Counted from the first letter of the whole stretch, positions 36,431 through 50,039 are shown. The stretch is DNA of 63,752 nt, filler included, from Lama guanicoe (GCA_013239625.1; 208 parts of 208 records of this genome joined end to end with filler, not necessarily neighbours in it); one strand, 5' to 3'. A program made the numbers and translations. The notes: generated by a model from the letters alone, not told the origin.

Positions 36431-37451
36431 NNNNNNNNNNNNNNNNNNNNNNNNNNNNNNNNNNNNNNNNNNNNTTAATTAATTAANNNNNNNNNNNNNN
36501 NNNNNNNNNNNNNNNNNNNNNNNNNNNNNNCAAAGCAGCACAAAGACCCTAAACTGATCACGAAGCAGCTGCACAAACACGACGGCAAGACTTTGTCATG
36601 TCACTTGGCCATCCTCACACGCTCTGCTTCCGTGAAGTGGCAGGGCCATATGGCTGAGATCCAACAGCTCAGCACCCAGCCCGGGATTGAGGAGAGCATG
36701 GACCGCCTCCTCCCTCGCTCTGGTCTCCTGGGGCCGCNNNNNNNNNNNNNNNNNNNNNNNNNNNNNNNNNNNNNNNNNNNNTTAATTAATTAANNNNNNN
36801 NNNNNNNNNNNNNNNNNNNNNNNNNNNNNNNNNNNNNAGTGCTGGGGTGCAGAGTTGAGTCTCTCTGAGGGTCCAGAAGCATGCCTGCCCTCTGCTGCCT
36901 GCCCCACGCTGCCCACCCCATGCTCCTCAGCCTGCACGGCCCCCAGGCCTGACTTGAAGATCGTGCAGGGCCCGTTTCCCATTTTGCTGACCTGTTCAGC
37001 AGGGGCTCAGGGCCTGGCCATTTAAATAGCTTGTTTATTAGAAGNNNNNNNNNNNNNNNNNNNNNNNNNNNNNNNNNNNNNNNNNNNNTTAATTAATTAA
37101 NNNNNNNNNNNNNNNNNNNNNNNNNNNNNNNNNNNNNNNNNNNNCCAAGTCAAAGATAATAACTGGTAAAGGCAAAATTTGAACTCATCTGCCCGATTTT
37201 AAAAACTAAGGTGGAAATCCCCTTTGACTGTGGAGGTAAAGCACCACAGCCTATCACCCTATCTTTGTTCTGACCTAGCTTTAGACAGCCTAAGACAACA
37301 CGCCATTCCTATGGAAATTGAGGGCAAACGATAACAATATGGATTTTATATNNNNNNNNNNNNNNNNNNNNNNNNNNNNNNNNNNNNNNNNNNNNTTAAT
37401 TAATTAANNNNNNNNNNNNNNNNNNNNNNNNNNNNNNNNNNNNNNNNNNNN

Positions 37452-37658
37452 AAAGTAGTATACATAAAGGAGATAAGCAACAAGTATATTCTGAATAGAT
37501 TAGGGAATTACACACAATAAATTATAATAATTTTATGTTACAATTATTGTAATAATTTATAATGCTATATAATCTAATATGTGGTTAGAATCACTATGCT
37601 TTACATGTGAAACTACACAATATAATGCATCTACTGTACTTCAATTAAAAATAAAACA
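37452..37658 (+). mobile_element. L1 extreme 3' end with A-rich tail
   Basis: ataagcaacaag...agggaatta...gaatcactatgctttacatgtgaaact...ctactgtacttcaattaaaaataaaa. Confidence 0.7.
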
Positions 37659-37758
37659 NNNNNNNNNNNNNNNNNNNNNNNNNNNNNNNNNNNNNNNNNN
37701 NNTTAATTAATTAANNNNNNNNNNNNNNNNNNNNNNNNNNNNNNNNNNNNNNNNNNNN

Positions 37759-37965
37759 TCTTATATTTCAATCTTTAAGCCATTGTGAGTTTATTTTTTA
37801 TGTATGGTGTGAGGGAGTGCCCTAACTTCAGTCACTTACGTGCTGCTGTCCAGTTTTCCCAACACCACTTGCTGAGGGAACTGTCTTTTCTCGATTATAT
37901 ATCTTGTCACCTTTGCCAAAGATTAATTGTAGGTCTGTGTGTTTTATTTCTGGGATCCCTATTCT
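37759..37965 (-). mobile_element. L1 ORF2 relic
   Basis: gagtttattttt.tgtatggtgtgagggagtg...gctgtccagttttcccaacaccacttgctga...ctgtcttttctc. Confidence 0.85.
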
Positions 37966-38679
37966 NNNNNNNNNNNNNNNNNNNNNNNNNNNNNNNNNNN
38001 NNNNNNNNNTTAATTAATTAANNNNNNNNNNNNNNNNNNNNNNNNNNNNNNNNNNNNNNNNNNNNCGGCCGCGGGTTTGCTGCAGCGCCGGCCGGGCCGC
38101 AGCTGCGAGGAGATTCCCCCCGGCCGCCCCCGACACGACTCAAGGCGCCCTCCCGAGGATCCCTGTGGCCAACCTCCAACCGCCAAACACTCACCAGCCC
38201 CACAGTCACCAGCCCTAACACTACAAACTTTCCAACTTCACCCCTTCCCTTTTCTCCTCTTTGGGACCAGCGNNNNNNNNNNNNNNNNNNNNNNNNNNNN
38301 NNNNNNNNNNNNNNNNTTAATTAATTAANNNNNNNNNNNNNNNNNNNNNNNNNNNNNNNNNNNNNNNNNNNNATGGCACCAATCGAAGATGGTTGAGCAA
38401 ATGGGTGAATGTGAGGTCTTTGGAACAGAGCCTGAATCAGAGAAGCTGGACTCAGTGGCTAGCTCCTTTATTACTGTCATTGTGGAATTACACGCAGAAT
38501 GCTCTGAGAGACGAGAGAGGGGCACCTGCCCCTGCTGAAGCCAGGGCGGGAGAGCAGACTCAAGTCTCAAGACCTGCATNNNNNNNNNNNNNNNNNNNNN
38601 NNNNNNNNNNNNNNNNNNNNNNNTTAATTAATTAANNNNNNNNNNNNNNNNNNNNNNNNNNNNNNNNNNNNNNNNNNNN

Positions 38680-38886
38680 TTTTTTTTTTTGGAAGTGAGT
38701 AATGGTTATTCTTGTCTTGTTCCAGATTTTAGTGGGAAGGCTCTCAGCTTTTCACTGTAGAGCATTATGTTGGCTGCCAGTTTCTCATAAATAACTTTTA
38801 TTATGTCAAGATATGTTCCCTCTGTATCCATTTTGGTAGGAGTTTTTATCCTGAATGGAATCTCAATTCTTTGATTTTTCAGCATC
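38680..38886 (-). mobile_element. L1 ORF2 (RT domain) relic
   Basis: cttgtcttgttccagattttagtgggaaggct.tcagcttttcact...attatgttggctg (antisense of TANII..GEKLKAFPLKSGTRQG). Confidence 0.85.
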
Positions 38887-39293
38887 NNNNNNNNNNNNNN
38901 NNNNNNNNNNNNNNNNNNNNNNNNNNNNNNTTAATTAATTAANNNNNNNNNNNNNNNNNNNNNNNNNNNNNNNNNNNNNNNNNNNNAGAAAAATATTTTG
39001 AAGAAATACTGGTTGAAAAGGTTTTAATTTCAATGAAAACTAGGAACCCACAGATTCAAAATGTTCCACAATCTCCTAGCACAAGAAACACTAATGAAAC
39101 AACACCAACACACACCGAAAACAAGTCCTTAGAACAAGTGTTGTGGAGACACTCATAAAAGCAGATGGAGAGAAAGCACACGTTCTCCCCTGANNNNNNN
39201 NNNNNNNNNNNNNNNNNNNNNNNNNNNNNNNNNNNNNTTAATTAATTAANNNNNNNNNNNNNNNNNNNNNNNNNNNNNNNNNNNNNNNNNNNN

Positions 39294-39500
39294 CCTGGCG
39301 GGCTAGAGCGTCTATGCGTCCGGGCTCACGATTGGCTGTGACATCATAACTAATCGCAGACGTGGTCCGTAGAGAGGGAGAGGAACCTCTTTGGAGGGAG
39401 TTTGTAACGCCACCTTCAGCCTGGCTCTGTGACGTCTGATAAGAAAATGTAATAGAAGCTACGTCTTCCGTTACGTTTCCCCGCAGGACTCAGTCCTGGG
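39294..39500. promoter_or_regulatory. Promoter-like fragment
   Basis: CpG-retaining, with a CCAAT box (ATTGG at 39331), CRE-like TGACATCA (39339) and TGACGTCT (39430), and ETS-like CTTCCG. Confidence 0.4.
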
Positions 39501-41442
39501 NNNNNNNNNNNNNNNNNNNNNNNNNNNNNNNNNNNNNNNNNNNNTTAATTAATTAANNNNNNNNNNNNNNNNNNNNNNNNNNNNNNNNNNNNNNNNNNNN
39601 GGTAACCATTCTCCCTTCTGGAATCTTGTGCAGCTCACTGAGGTCCCAGTTATCACTGGGTCTTTTGACCCTTGAAAGTTCTTGGAGTATTGTTTAAGTA
39701 GAAATAAACCTTGATGTCTAAAAAACAAACAAACAAACACAAAATATAAAAACAAACGAAAAACAGGATCAGCAAAATGCAGAGAAAAAAACATAGTTCC
39801 ATGAGCTNNNNNNNNNNNNNNNNNNNNNNNNNNNNNNNNNNNNNNNNNNNNTTAATTAATTAANNNNNNNNNNNNNNNNNNNNNNNNNNNNNNNNNNNNN
39901 NNNNNNNCAGAACAATAATTACATAACTGTTGAAACACAATAGAAGGTTACCTCTCGGTTACATAACAGTCTGAGATGAATGGCCCCAGTCAGCAGGCAG
40001 CTGCCCCCCAGGATTTAGGAACCAGAGTTCCTTCTGTCTTGCAGCTTCACCATCTGCTTCTAGCGGGAAGAATGAGCTAGAGGGCGTAGGGAGAGGGTAG
40101 ACCTGCTTCTGGAANNNNNNNNNNNNNNNNNNNNNNNNNNNNNNNNNNNNNNNNNNNNTTAATTAATTAANNNNNNNNNNNNNNNNNNNNNNNNNNNNNN
40201 NNNNNNNNNNNNNNAGAGCCTCCTGCAGACTTTGCCCGGCTCTGCTAGGAAGGGACCAAGTTTGGGAGTCAGCCTGAGCAGAGGATTCCCTCCCTGACCC
40301 ACTGTTAGTCCTCCAGCCCCCAGTCGGGTGCTCTCAGCCAGGATAGGTTTGAGTGTCCTTGGGTGAGTTTATAAAGGAGCCAATCAACCCTGTCCCAGAG
40401 GCATTCAGTCACAGGCACTCANNNNNNNNNNNNNNNNNNNNNNNNNNNNNNNNNNNNNNNNNNNNTTAATTAATTAANNNNNNNNNNNNNNNNNNNNNNN
40501 NNNNNNNNNNNNNNNNNNNNNGAAGCTGCTTCTCAGGAACAGTCTTCCTGGAGTCCTTGCCTGCAGACTTTACTCTTGGAAGATTGAAATGGCACAGAAT
40601 CCTTAATTTGCACTTCCTTCCTTGCTGGCGATCAGATTTTCTGTCCTTGATCACACTGCTCAGACACTCAGGGGGCTTTCCTTCTCCTTTAAAGTCCAAC
40701 ACTTTCACTACAATAGTCCTTGGTGTTGNNNNNNNNNNNNNNNNNNNNNNNNNNNNNNNNNNNNNNNNNNNNTTAATTAATTAANNNNNNNNNNNNNNNN
40801 NNNNNNNNNNNNNNNNNNNNNNNNNNNNATATATATATATGTATAAATGCTGATCAAAGTTTCAGTTCTTTGTCTCCACTTGGATGCCAAGCCGGATTGA
40901 AAAAAGGTACATGTATGTGTGTTTAAGTGTGTGTGAGGGTTTAAGAGCATGTGTGGAGGTGTGTGAGTGTGTGTATATGTGTGGGTGCATGTGTATACTC
41001 ACTATAAATTTTAGTTCCATACAACTCATCAGTTCNNNNNNNNNNNNNNNNNNNNNNNNNNNNNNNNNNNNNNNNNNNNTTAATTAATTAANNNNNNNNN
41101 NNNNNNNNNNNNNNNNNNNNNNNNNNNNNNNNNNNTCCTTGGAATCTAATCTTGTTCTGAAATCTCTGATTAGCATGTACCCTGATTGAAAACCCTATTA
41201 TAAAGGAAGTAATTCAGTGGAGGAAGCAAATAAAAAAAGCCTAAAATTACGAATGATATTAACAATGGACTTTTTACAGATTCCAGAGGAAACGAGGAAA
41301 CACAGTAAACTAGCTCATCTCTGGGTCTTTGCATGTTGCAGANNNNNNNNNNNNNNNNNNNNNNNNNNNNNNNNNNNNNNNNNNNNTTAATTAATTAANN
41401 NNNNNNNNNNNNNNNNNNNNNNNNNNNNNNNNNNNNNNNNNN

Positions 41443-41956
41443 TCTTTCTAAATGCTGAAAAGATAAAGAATATGAAATTAAATTTGATTTTTATTTTACC
41501 TTGTTGATGTGTTAAATAGAAACACAGAGGTCTGTTGAGCAGGAAAAAAAAGAGCAAGTGTGTGTAGTATAAAATTAGAATTCATCCTGAAAATAAATAT
41601 AGAAAGTCATTGCTATATAGAAGTGGAGTAAAATGAGAAGCTAGAAAGTNNNNNNNNNNNNNNNNNNNNNNNNNNNNNNNNNNNNNNNNNNNNTTAATTA
41701 ATTAANNNNNNNNNNNNNNNNNNNNNNNNNNNNNNNNNNNNNNNNNNNNTCTTTCTAAATGCTGAAAAGATAAAGAATATGAAATTAAATTTGATTTTGA
41801 TTTTACATTGTTGATATGTCAAATAGAAACACAGAGGTCTGTTGAGCAGGAAAAAAAAAAACAAGTGTGTGTAGTATAAAATTAGAATTCATCCTGAAAA
41901 TAAATAAAGAAAGTCATTGCTATATAGAAGTGGAGTAAAATGAGAAGCTAGAAAGT
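41443..41956 (+). repeat. Near-identical contig pair 3 (41443..41649 and 41750..41956)
   Basis: 7 substitutions, 49-bp identical flanks. Confidence 0.95.
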
Positions 41957-42670
41957 NNNNNNNNNNNNNNNNNNNNNNNNNNNNNNNNNNNNNNNNNNNN
42001 TTAATTAATTAANNNNNNNNNNNNNNNNNNNNNNNNNNNNNNNNNNNNNNNNNNNNTCAATGATTCCCTCTGGAATTGTGAAGCCCCGGAAATTTCTTGG
42101 GACTTCGGTGTTTCATGAACTGTGACCCAACTGGGAATAGCAGATGTGGTGCCCCCTCGCCTTTCCTCTTCACCATCCAACTCATCGTCCTCAGATGTTA
42201 GAAGCCAAGCCTCTAGAGAACGATTTCTTGTCTTTAAGAAATGTACATGCCCATTCTCTCCAANNNNNNNNNNNNNNNNNNNNNNNNNNNNNNNNNNNNN
42301 NNNNNNNTTAATTAATTAANNNNNNNNNNNNNNNNNNNNNNNNNNNNNNNNNNNNNNNNNNNNAGCAGCAAACGGGGATGCCTCGGCGGCTTGGTCATTT
42401 TCCTCCCAACGAGTCCGTGGTAAACCGCAAGGAGCCGGGTCACGACTCACATGTTCACTCTCTGTGTTAATTCTCTCTGACTCACTACTTCTGGCAGCAC
42501 AGTGTTGACCCATAGGCATTTGCTTTGGACTGAGCGTGGATCTTGTCTATTTACTTACTAGTTGAGTGACNNNNNNNNNNNNNNNNNNNNNNNNNNNNNN
42601 NNNNNNNNNNNNNNTTAATTAATTAANNNNNNNNNNNNNNNNNNNNNNNNNNNNNNNNNNNNNNNNNNNN

Positions 42671-42877
42671 AATACTAGTTCACACCTGCTAGGATGGCTA
42701 GTATCAAAAAGACAGCAACGACAAAAAAGCAAAGCATTGAGGAGGATGTGGCAAAAAGGGAACCCTGTGCACAGTTGATGGGGATGTAAACTGGTACAGA
42801 TACCGCGGAAAACAATATGGAAGTTCCGCAAAAAGTTAAAATTAGAGTTACTATCTGACCCCAGCAATTTCACTTTC
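42671..42877 (+). mobile_element. L1 ORF2 C-terminal relic
   Basis: tcacacctgctaggatggcta.tatcaaaaaga...aggatgtgg.aaaaagggaaccct...ggaaaacaatatggaagttcc. Confidence 0.85.
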
Positions 42878-44819
42878 NNNNNNNNNNNNNNNNNNNNNNN
42901 NNNNNNNNNNNNNNNNNNNNNTTAATTAATTAANNNNNNNNNNNNNNNNNNNNNNNNNNNNNNNNNNNNNNNNNNNNTAAATAATACAAGAGTGGAGATA
43001 GATGATAGTGATATAGAGAAATGTATACGGATACAGAAACATATGTACACATACACATATATATGAAAAATAACTAGTTTTGTTATAACAACAAAATAAA
43101 GGAAGTTTATACATGGATTTTGATTAATTAAATGATCACTGGAAGAAAAAAAATCAAAAATCTCTCCTAACAAATTTAAAGTAANNNNNNNNNNNNNNNN
43201 NNNNNNNNNNNNNNNNNNNNNNNNNNNNTTAATTAATTAANNNNNNNNNNNNNNNNNNNNNNNNNNNNNNNNNNNNNNNNNNNNCCTCCTACTCCTCCAC
43301 ATTCCTTTTTAGGTAAAGAAAGGTAGTACTGCTGTTCTTGGTCAAAGAAACCATAAAGAACTGAGAGTACTTTGAGATTCCATTGAAAGACTGCTTCTGG
43401 CTCTTTAATTAGAGCCTAATGCTGCACCAGTGGTAAATCTAATTCCAGATTGATTTATCCAGTTGATTCTCCATAATTCAATTCTGGAACTNNNNNNNNN
43501 NNNNNNNNNNNNNNNNNNNNNNNNNNNNNNNNNNNTTAATTAATTAANNNNNNNNNNNNNNNNNNNNNNNNNNNNNNNNNNNNNNNNNNNNTGCCCCCTC
43601 CCAGCACCATGGTCAGGTGCTGTGTTCCTGCCAGGAAGGTGGGGGGCCACCCACCCTCTCCTGGCACCAGTTGCTCCACTGCTCTATGCAGCTGCCTGCT
43701 CCATCTCGGGTCAGCAATCCATAGGCAGGCTCAGGAAGACCACGGAACCACCCCGCCCCTGCTCTGTACCAAATCTCAGCTCCTTGTTTGCCTTGGCANN
43801 NNNNNNNNNNNNNNNNNNNNNNNNNNNNNNNNNNNNNNNNNNTTAATTAATTAANNNNNNNNNNNNNNNNNNNNNNNNNNNNNNNNNNNNNNNNNNNNCA
43901 CTGGTTAACATTTTGCCCTCAGGAAAAACTCCAAATTCCTTAGCTTGTAAAAAAAACACCCACATTAGTTTGGCTCTTCCCAAAGTGCTCAGCCGTGTCT
44001 CTCTCCTCCCCTGCTCTGCCCCTCTGCTCCAGCGTCTGGTCAGACCGCTTCCAGCCCCGCGGGCACCCTTCCTGCCTCTGCTCTGTGTGTTTGCTTGTTG
44101 CCTCCNNNNNNNNNNNNNNNNNNNNNNNNNNNNNNNNNNNNNNNNNNNNTTAATTAATTAANNNNNNNNNNNNNNNNNNNNNNNNNNNNNNNNNNNNNNN
44201 NNNNNATGGCACCTTTACCTGATACAAAGTAGGAAACATGCAATGCGCTCTTCATTTAGCATTCCCTCTACCATCTGAAGAGCAGACTTACATTTCTCTT
44301 CTTTAGAAAACCCAGACAGCCTGAAGCCTTTGCTCAGAAAGATGAACAAGCTCCCTTAACGCAAAGAGGTTCCCCTGTGGCTGTGGTTTCCAACCACCCA
44401 GTTGTATGCCTCNNNNNNNNNNNNNNNNNNNNNNNNNNNNNNNNNNNNNNNNNNNNTTAATTAATTAANNNNNNNNNNNNNNNNNNNNNNNNNNNNNNNN
44501 NNNNNNNNNNNNTTCCTGGAGGAGGTGGCATGTAAGCAAGAGTCTAAAGGTCTAGTAGGAGATAGATCAGCAAAGGGCACTGCGGGGAGGAGGGTAGGAA
44601 GAGTGTCCCAGGCAGAAGGCAAAACATGCTGGAAGACCTTGGGGCAATGCAGAGGAGAAAGAGCATATGGTTGGATTGTGGGCAGTGGCCATGGGTGTGG
44701 CTGGAGCTATGGGCCAGGCNNNNNNNNNNNNNNNNNNNNNNNNNNNNNNNNNNNNNNNNNNNNTTAATTAATTAANNNNNNNNNNNNNNNNNNNNNNNNN
44801 NNNNNNNNNNNNNNNNNNN

Positions 44820-45026
44820 TGAAATTCGAACTGGCATGAGGAAATATACTGAGAAACCATATTAAGTGTTTCTGCAGCAAATCATTCCCTTCATCCTAGA
44901 TGAACGAATGTATCTCCACAGGCTCAGTTCTGAGGTTTGAGTGTGTGTGAAATCATCTATCACTAATCTTGTAGGGAACACAGTTTCTTTTGAGTGGGTA
45001 ACTACACTACATACATATATATGGGG
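44820..45026 (+). repeat. Satellite family A fragment (diverged)
   Basis: ctagatgaacgaatgtatctccacaggctcagttctgag...ttgtagggaacaca...cactacatacatatatatgggg. Confidence 0.8.
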
Positions 45027-45433
45027 NNNNNNNNNNNNNNNNNNNNNNNNNNNNNNNNNNNNNNNNNNNNTTAATTAATTAANNNNNNNNNNNNNNNNNN
45101 NNNNNNNNNNNNNNNNNNNNNNNNNNCATCTTCTTTTAAATAAGAACTCTCCAAGTATTTATTTTCTTACTCATCCATTTTGTGCTATGCAAATTTTTAG
45201 GTGTGAACAAAAAAAATTAAATTGAATATCTAGAATATTTAAAACTAATTTGCAATTGTCATACTTCTTGTTTCAGTTGCTGAATTTAATTTCAAACTAT
45301 TTGATTCTAATTTTGGATATATTTTTCTTCTCTNNNNNNNNNNNNNNNNNNNNNNNNNNNNNNNNNNNNNNNNNNNNTTAATTAATTAANNNNNNNNNNN
45401 NNNNNNNNNNNNNNNNNNNNNNNNNNNNNNNNN

Positions 45434-45640
45434 TTTTGGGTATTCTTGGTCCCTTGTGTATCTACATGAATTTTAAGATCAGGTTGTTGATTTTTTCAAA
45501 AAAAAAGAAGCTAGTATTTTGATCAGGATTATATTTAATTTGTCGATCAATGTGGAGAATATTGCCATCTTAATAATACTGATTCTTCCTATCCATGAAC
45601 ATGGGCTATCTCTCCACTTATTCAGGTTTCTTTTGTTTTT
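45434..45640 (-). mobile_element. Old L1 ORF2 relic
   Basis: tattcttggtcccttg...atgaattttaagatcag...ggagaatattgccatcttaataatactgattcttcctatccatgaacatggg. Confidence 0.8.
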
Positions 45641-46354
45641 NNNNNNNNNNNNNNNNNNNNNNNNNNNNNNNNNNNNNNNNNNNNTTAATTAATTAANNNN
45701 NNNNNNNNNNNNNNNNNNNNNNNNNNNNNNNNNNNNNNNNCCTGATGACTGGCAAGTGATGCCACGTGATCCCCCAGGCCAGATCGCAAACGGTGACAGA
45801 GCCCCTGCCAGGCTCTCTCCTTCTGGGGACACGCCGCTGTGTAAGGAGGCCCGTTACTCTGAAACTGACGTGCTAGAGAGACCGCGCGGAGAGACCAGGT
45901 AGAGACAGAGGTGCCCAAGAGAAAGACTCAGCCTGACCTAAGAGAGGNNNNNNNNNNNNNNNNNNNNNNNNNNNNNNNNNNNNNNNNNNNNTTAATTAAT
46001 TAANNNNNNNNNNNNNNNNNNNNNNNNNNNNNNNNNNNNNNNNNNNNTAGGATACTCTTAAGTGGTAGATATTTGGTAAGACACATTCTGACTCAGTGCA
46101 GGTCAGCACCGTCACCTCCAAGGTGCTTGTAGAGCGGGAGCTCCGCAGATAAACACAGAGAAGTGGGACTGGAGCAGAGAAACCTTCATACAGAGAAGCT
46201 TAGGATGCAGTGAGGAATCAACCTGCTTTTGCCCTTGGCTAAGGGAAGTGATCCNNNNNNNNNNNNNNNNNNNNNNNNNNNNNNNNNNNNNNNNNNNNTT
46301 AATTAATTAANNNNNNNNNNNNNNNNNNNNNNNNNNNNNNNNNNNNNNNNNNNN

Positions 46355-46561
46355 TATATATATATGGGGTTGTTCTATCTCCGCCTCTGCTTTACAGTGA
46401 AAACTGCAGGACTTTCAAACCGACCCTAGGAAACAGACTAAGAAATTAGAATAATTGTAACACTTTTAACCCACTCCCTTGGTGCTAGATGAATGAACAT
46501 CTCTCCATATGTTTATTTGTGAGAGAAAATTGTGTTTGAAAATTGTCCTTCATGTAGCATG
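46355..46561 (+). repeat. Satellite family A fragment (diverged)
   Basis: tatatatgggg...tttacagtgaaaactgcaggactttcaaacc...ggaaacagact...gtgctagatgaatgaacatctctccata. Confidence 0.8.
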
Positions 46562-46968
46562 NNNNNNNNNNNNNNNNNNNNNNNNNNNNNNNNNNNNNNN
46601 NNNNNTTAATTAATTAANNNNNNNNNNNNNNNNNNNNNNNNNNNNNNNNNNNNNNNNNNNNTTAAATTGCTTTACCCAACATTATCGAATGATTAAGCGT
46701 TCTCATCACTAATAGAAGAACACCTGGCTCTCAGTATACTAGCATGCCTGCAGCAGGGTTCTCATAGCTACAATGCTTCTAGTTGATTTTTGCATTCAAA
46801 CCTAAATTTATATATTTTTTTTGTTTTCTCTTATATTTTCCAAGAGAGGGATGTTACCCCTTGAAATGNNNNNNNNNNNNNNNNNNNNNNNNNNNNNNNN
46901 NNNNNNNNNNNNTTAATTAATTAANNNNNNNNNNNNNNNNNNNNNNNNNNNNNNNNNNNNNNNNNNNN

Positions 46969-47175
46969 TAAAACAACCCAGATACATGGATAAATTCCTA
47001 GAAACATACAGTCTTCCAAGACTGAATCAGGAAGAACTGGAAAATTTAGATAGATCAATTACTAGTAACAAACCTGAATCAGTAATGAAGAAAACTTCCA
47101 AAAACCAAAAGTCCAGTTCAGATGGCTCACTGGTAAAATCAAACAAACATTTAAAGAAGATTTAATACCTATTCT
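46969..47175 (+). mobile_element. L1 ORF2 relic (EN-RT linker)
   Basis: Translates MDKFLETYSLPRLNQEELENLDRSITS, matching L1 ORF2p. Confidence 0.9.
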
Positions 47176-48503
47176 NNNNNNNNNNNNNNNNNNNNNNNNN
47201 NNNNNNNNNNNNNNNNNNNTTAATTAATTAANNNNNNNNNNNNNNNNNNNNNNNNNNNNNNNNNNNNNNNNNNNNGACCTAGATGATTTAAACACTGGGG
47301 AAACATCTCAAACAGTCACGGTGACCTTTTAGGGTTGGGAGTGCCAAGGATATTTAATGCATTACTCCTCATCCCTCCAGCCGCCCTGTAAGACCTGCAT
47401 CTCACCCACATTTTACCGACAGGAAGAGCCAAGCTCAGGGGAGTCTGGCGACTTTCCACGGCCCTTAGTCCCTGGTATAACGNNNNNNNNNNNNNNNNNN
47501 NNNNNNNNNNNNNNNNNNNNNNNNNNTTAATTAATTAANNNNNNNNNNNNNNNNNNNNNNNNNNNNNNNNNNNNNNNNNNNNCTGTAGATAGAATGGGAT
47601 ATGTTGTGTGAACCAGAGGAAGCATCGCTTATGGGGCCTCGTCGTCTGCTCAGAAGTGACGCCGCTCTCCCTCACGTGGCGCCCGGGGAACACACTTCAG
47701 CTTTCCCGGGACGTGCTGCCCAACAGCGCCTGCCCAGGAAGGCTGAAGGGGGCAGATAATCAGATCCTGCTGGGACCTGCGGAAAGTGTNNNNNNNNNNN
47801 NNNNNNNNNNNNNNNNNNNNNNNNNNNNNNNNNTTAATTAATTAANNNNNNNNNNNNNNNNNNNNNNNNNNNNNNNNNNNNNNNNNNNNTTGAATTTAGC
47901 ATAACAGGGTTTTTAACCTCTTTGATTTTGTGTTTTTTTCCCACTTTTTTGAAAAATATAAAAATTCATATAGTTAAAAAGGCAAAGTTATATTTATATA
48001 ACTTCTCTCTATATATATATTTCTCTAAACATATGTATATATATTTGTGTATTTCTTATATGCCTCCCTCTACATCCCTTTGCTACCAGTAGCCATNNNN
48101 NNNNNNNNNNNNNNNNNNNNNNNNNNNNNNNNNNNNNNNNTTAATTAATTAANNNNNNNNNNNNNNNNNNNNNNNNNNNNNNNNNNNNNNNNNNNNCCCT
48201 CCCTAATAAGCTATTGGAGGGCAGGACTATATCCTCAACGTCTCTAGTGAATGAATGAATGAAAAGAATAAATGAATGAACTTGTAAAAACAGAACCCGA
48301 AACAGTTAATATAAATGTGTGTCAGCCATGTTAAAGGTCTGTATAAACACTGGAAAAGGGCTGAAGGTCCAGTTACAAAATACATGAGTCACGGGGATGT
48401 AGCNNNNNNNNNNNNNNNNNNNNNNNNNNNNNNNNNNNNNNNNNNNNTTAATTAATTAANNNNNNNNNNNNNNNNNNNNNNNNNNNNNNNNNNNNNNNNN
48501 NNN

Positions 48504-48710
48504 ATAGAATAAAGAATACACAATATTGAATTTAGAATATAGAATGTAGAACGCAGAATATAGAATATAGAAGACAGAATACAGAAAGCAGAATATAGAT
48601 CATGGAATTTAGAACACAGAATACAGAATATAGAATACAAAGATAGAATGTGGAACAAAGAATGTAGAACACAGATTATAGAATACAGAATATAGAATGT
48701 AGAATATAGA
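48504..48710 (+). repeat. Satellite family B (7-bp TAGAATA-like)
   Basis: tagaata/tagaatg/tagaaca/cagaata units throughout. Confidence 0.9.
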
Positions 48711-49117
48711 NNNNNNNNNNNNNNNNNNNNNNNNNNNNNNNNNNNNNNNNNNNNTTAATTAATTAANNNNNNNNNNNNNNNNNNNNNNNNNNNNNNNNNN
48801 NNNNNNNNNNAAGTGTACATGGTAACATGTCATAAAACATCAGAATTTGTATATTATTTTTATATCATTCTATCAAACTCCTGCTCTATGCAGAGAACTT
48901 CTGCACAAATGATGGCAGGACCTCTGTGAGGCGGCCGCTCAATTTCAGATTAGAGAATTCATCACTTTTCAATGTCTACTTGTAGGAAAAATGTCATCAG
49001 TATAAGGTCTAATCGTGNNNNNNNNNNNNNNNNNNNNNNNNNNNNNNNNNNNNNNNNNNNNTTAATTAATTAANNNNNNNNNNNNNNNNNNNNNNNNNNN
49101 NNNNNNNNNNNNNNNNN

Positions 49118-49324
49118 TTAATATCAAAGAAACAAGCAACCCAATCCAAAAATGGGCAGAAGATCTGAACAAGTAGTTCTCCAAGGAAGACATACAAATG
49201 GCCAATAGGTATATGAAAAAATATTCAGCATAACTAATTGTCAGAGAAATGCAGATCAAAACTACAATGAGATAACACCTCACACCAGCCAGAATGGCCA
49301 TCATTGAAAAGTCTACAAATGATA
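49118..49324 (+). mobile_element. L1 ORF2 C-terminal relic with stops
   Basis: [23 protein letters not shown]...[20 protein letters not shown]. Confidence 0.9.
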
Positions 49325-49424
49325 NNNNNNNNNNNNNNNNNNNNNNNNNNNNNNNNNNNNNNNNNNNNTTAATTAATTAANNNNNNNNNNNNNNNNNNNN
49401 NNNNNNNNNNNNNNNNNNNNNNNN

Positions 49425-49631
49425 CTAAATTGTATTCTCTGTATTCCGTATTCTATATCCTATATTCTGTGTTCTACGTTCTATATTCTAAATTCTATAT
49501 ACAGTATTGTTTATTCTTTTCTCTAAATTCTGTGTTCTGCATTGCATGATTTAAATTCTGGGTTCTGTATTCTGTTTCCCACATTCTATATTCTGTGTTC
49601 TACATTCTATATACTGTATTCTACATTATGC
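49425..49631 (-). repeat. Satellite family B, reverse orientation
   Basis: tattcta/tattctg/tgttcta units. Confidence 0.9.
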
Positions 49632-50039
49632 NNNNNNNNNNNNNNNNNNNNNNNNNNNNNNNNNNNNNNNNNNNNTTAATTAATTAANNNNNNNNNNNNN
49701 NNNNNNNNNNNNNNNNNNNNNNNNNNNNNNNGAGGGAGTAGGAGAGAAGAGAAAAGGAGCGAAGTTCACTGGTCACTTGCTGTGGGGGTGGGTTAGATGG
49801 TCACAGTGGTGAGCGTTTACTGTCACATGGCTCCATATACTTATCATTATAGTTATTACTGTTACTAACCCCGGACAGCACAGGTGTGGAGGAGGCATGA
49901 CCACGGAACATGTGCTCATTGAGCTTAATTTTACACAANNNNNNNNNNNNNNNNNNNNNNNNNNNNNNNNNNNNNNNNNNNNTTAATTAATTAANNNNNN
50001 NNNNNNNNNNNNNNNNNNNNNNNNNNNNNNNNNNNNNNC

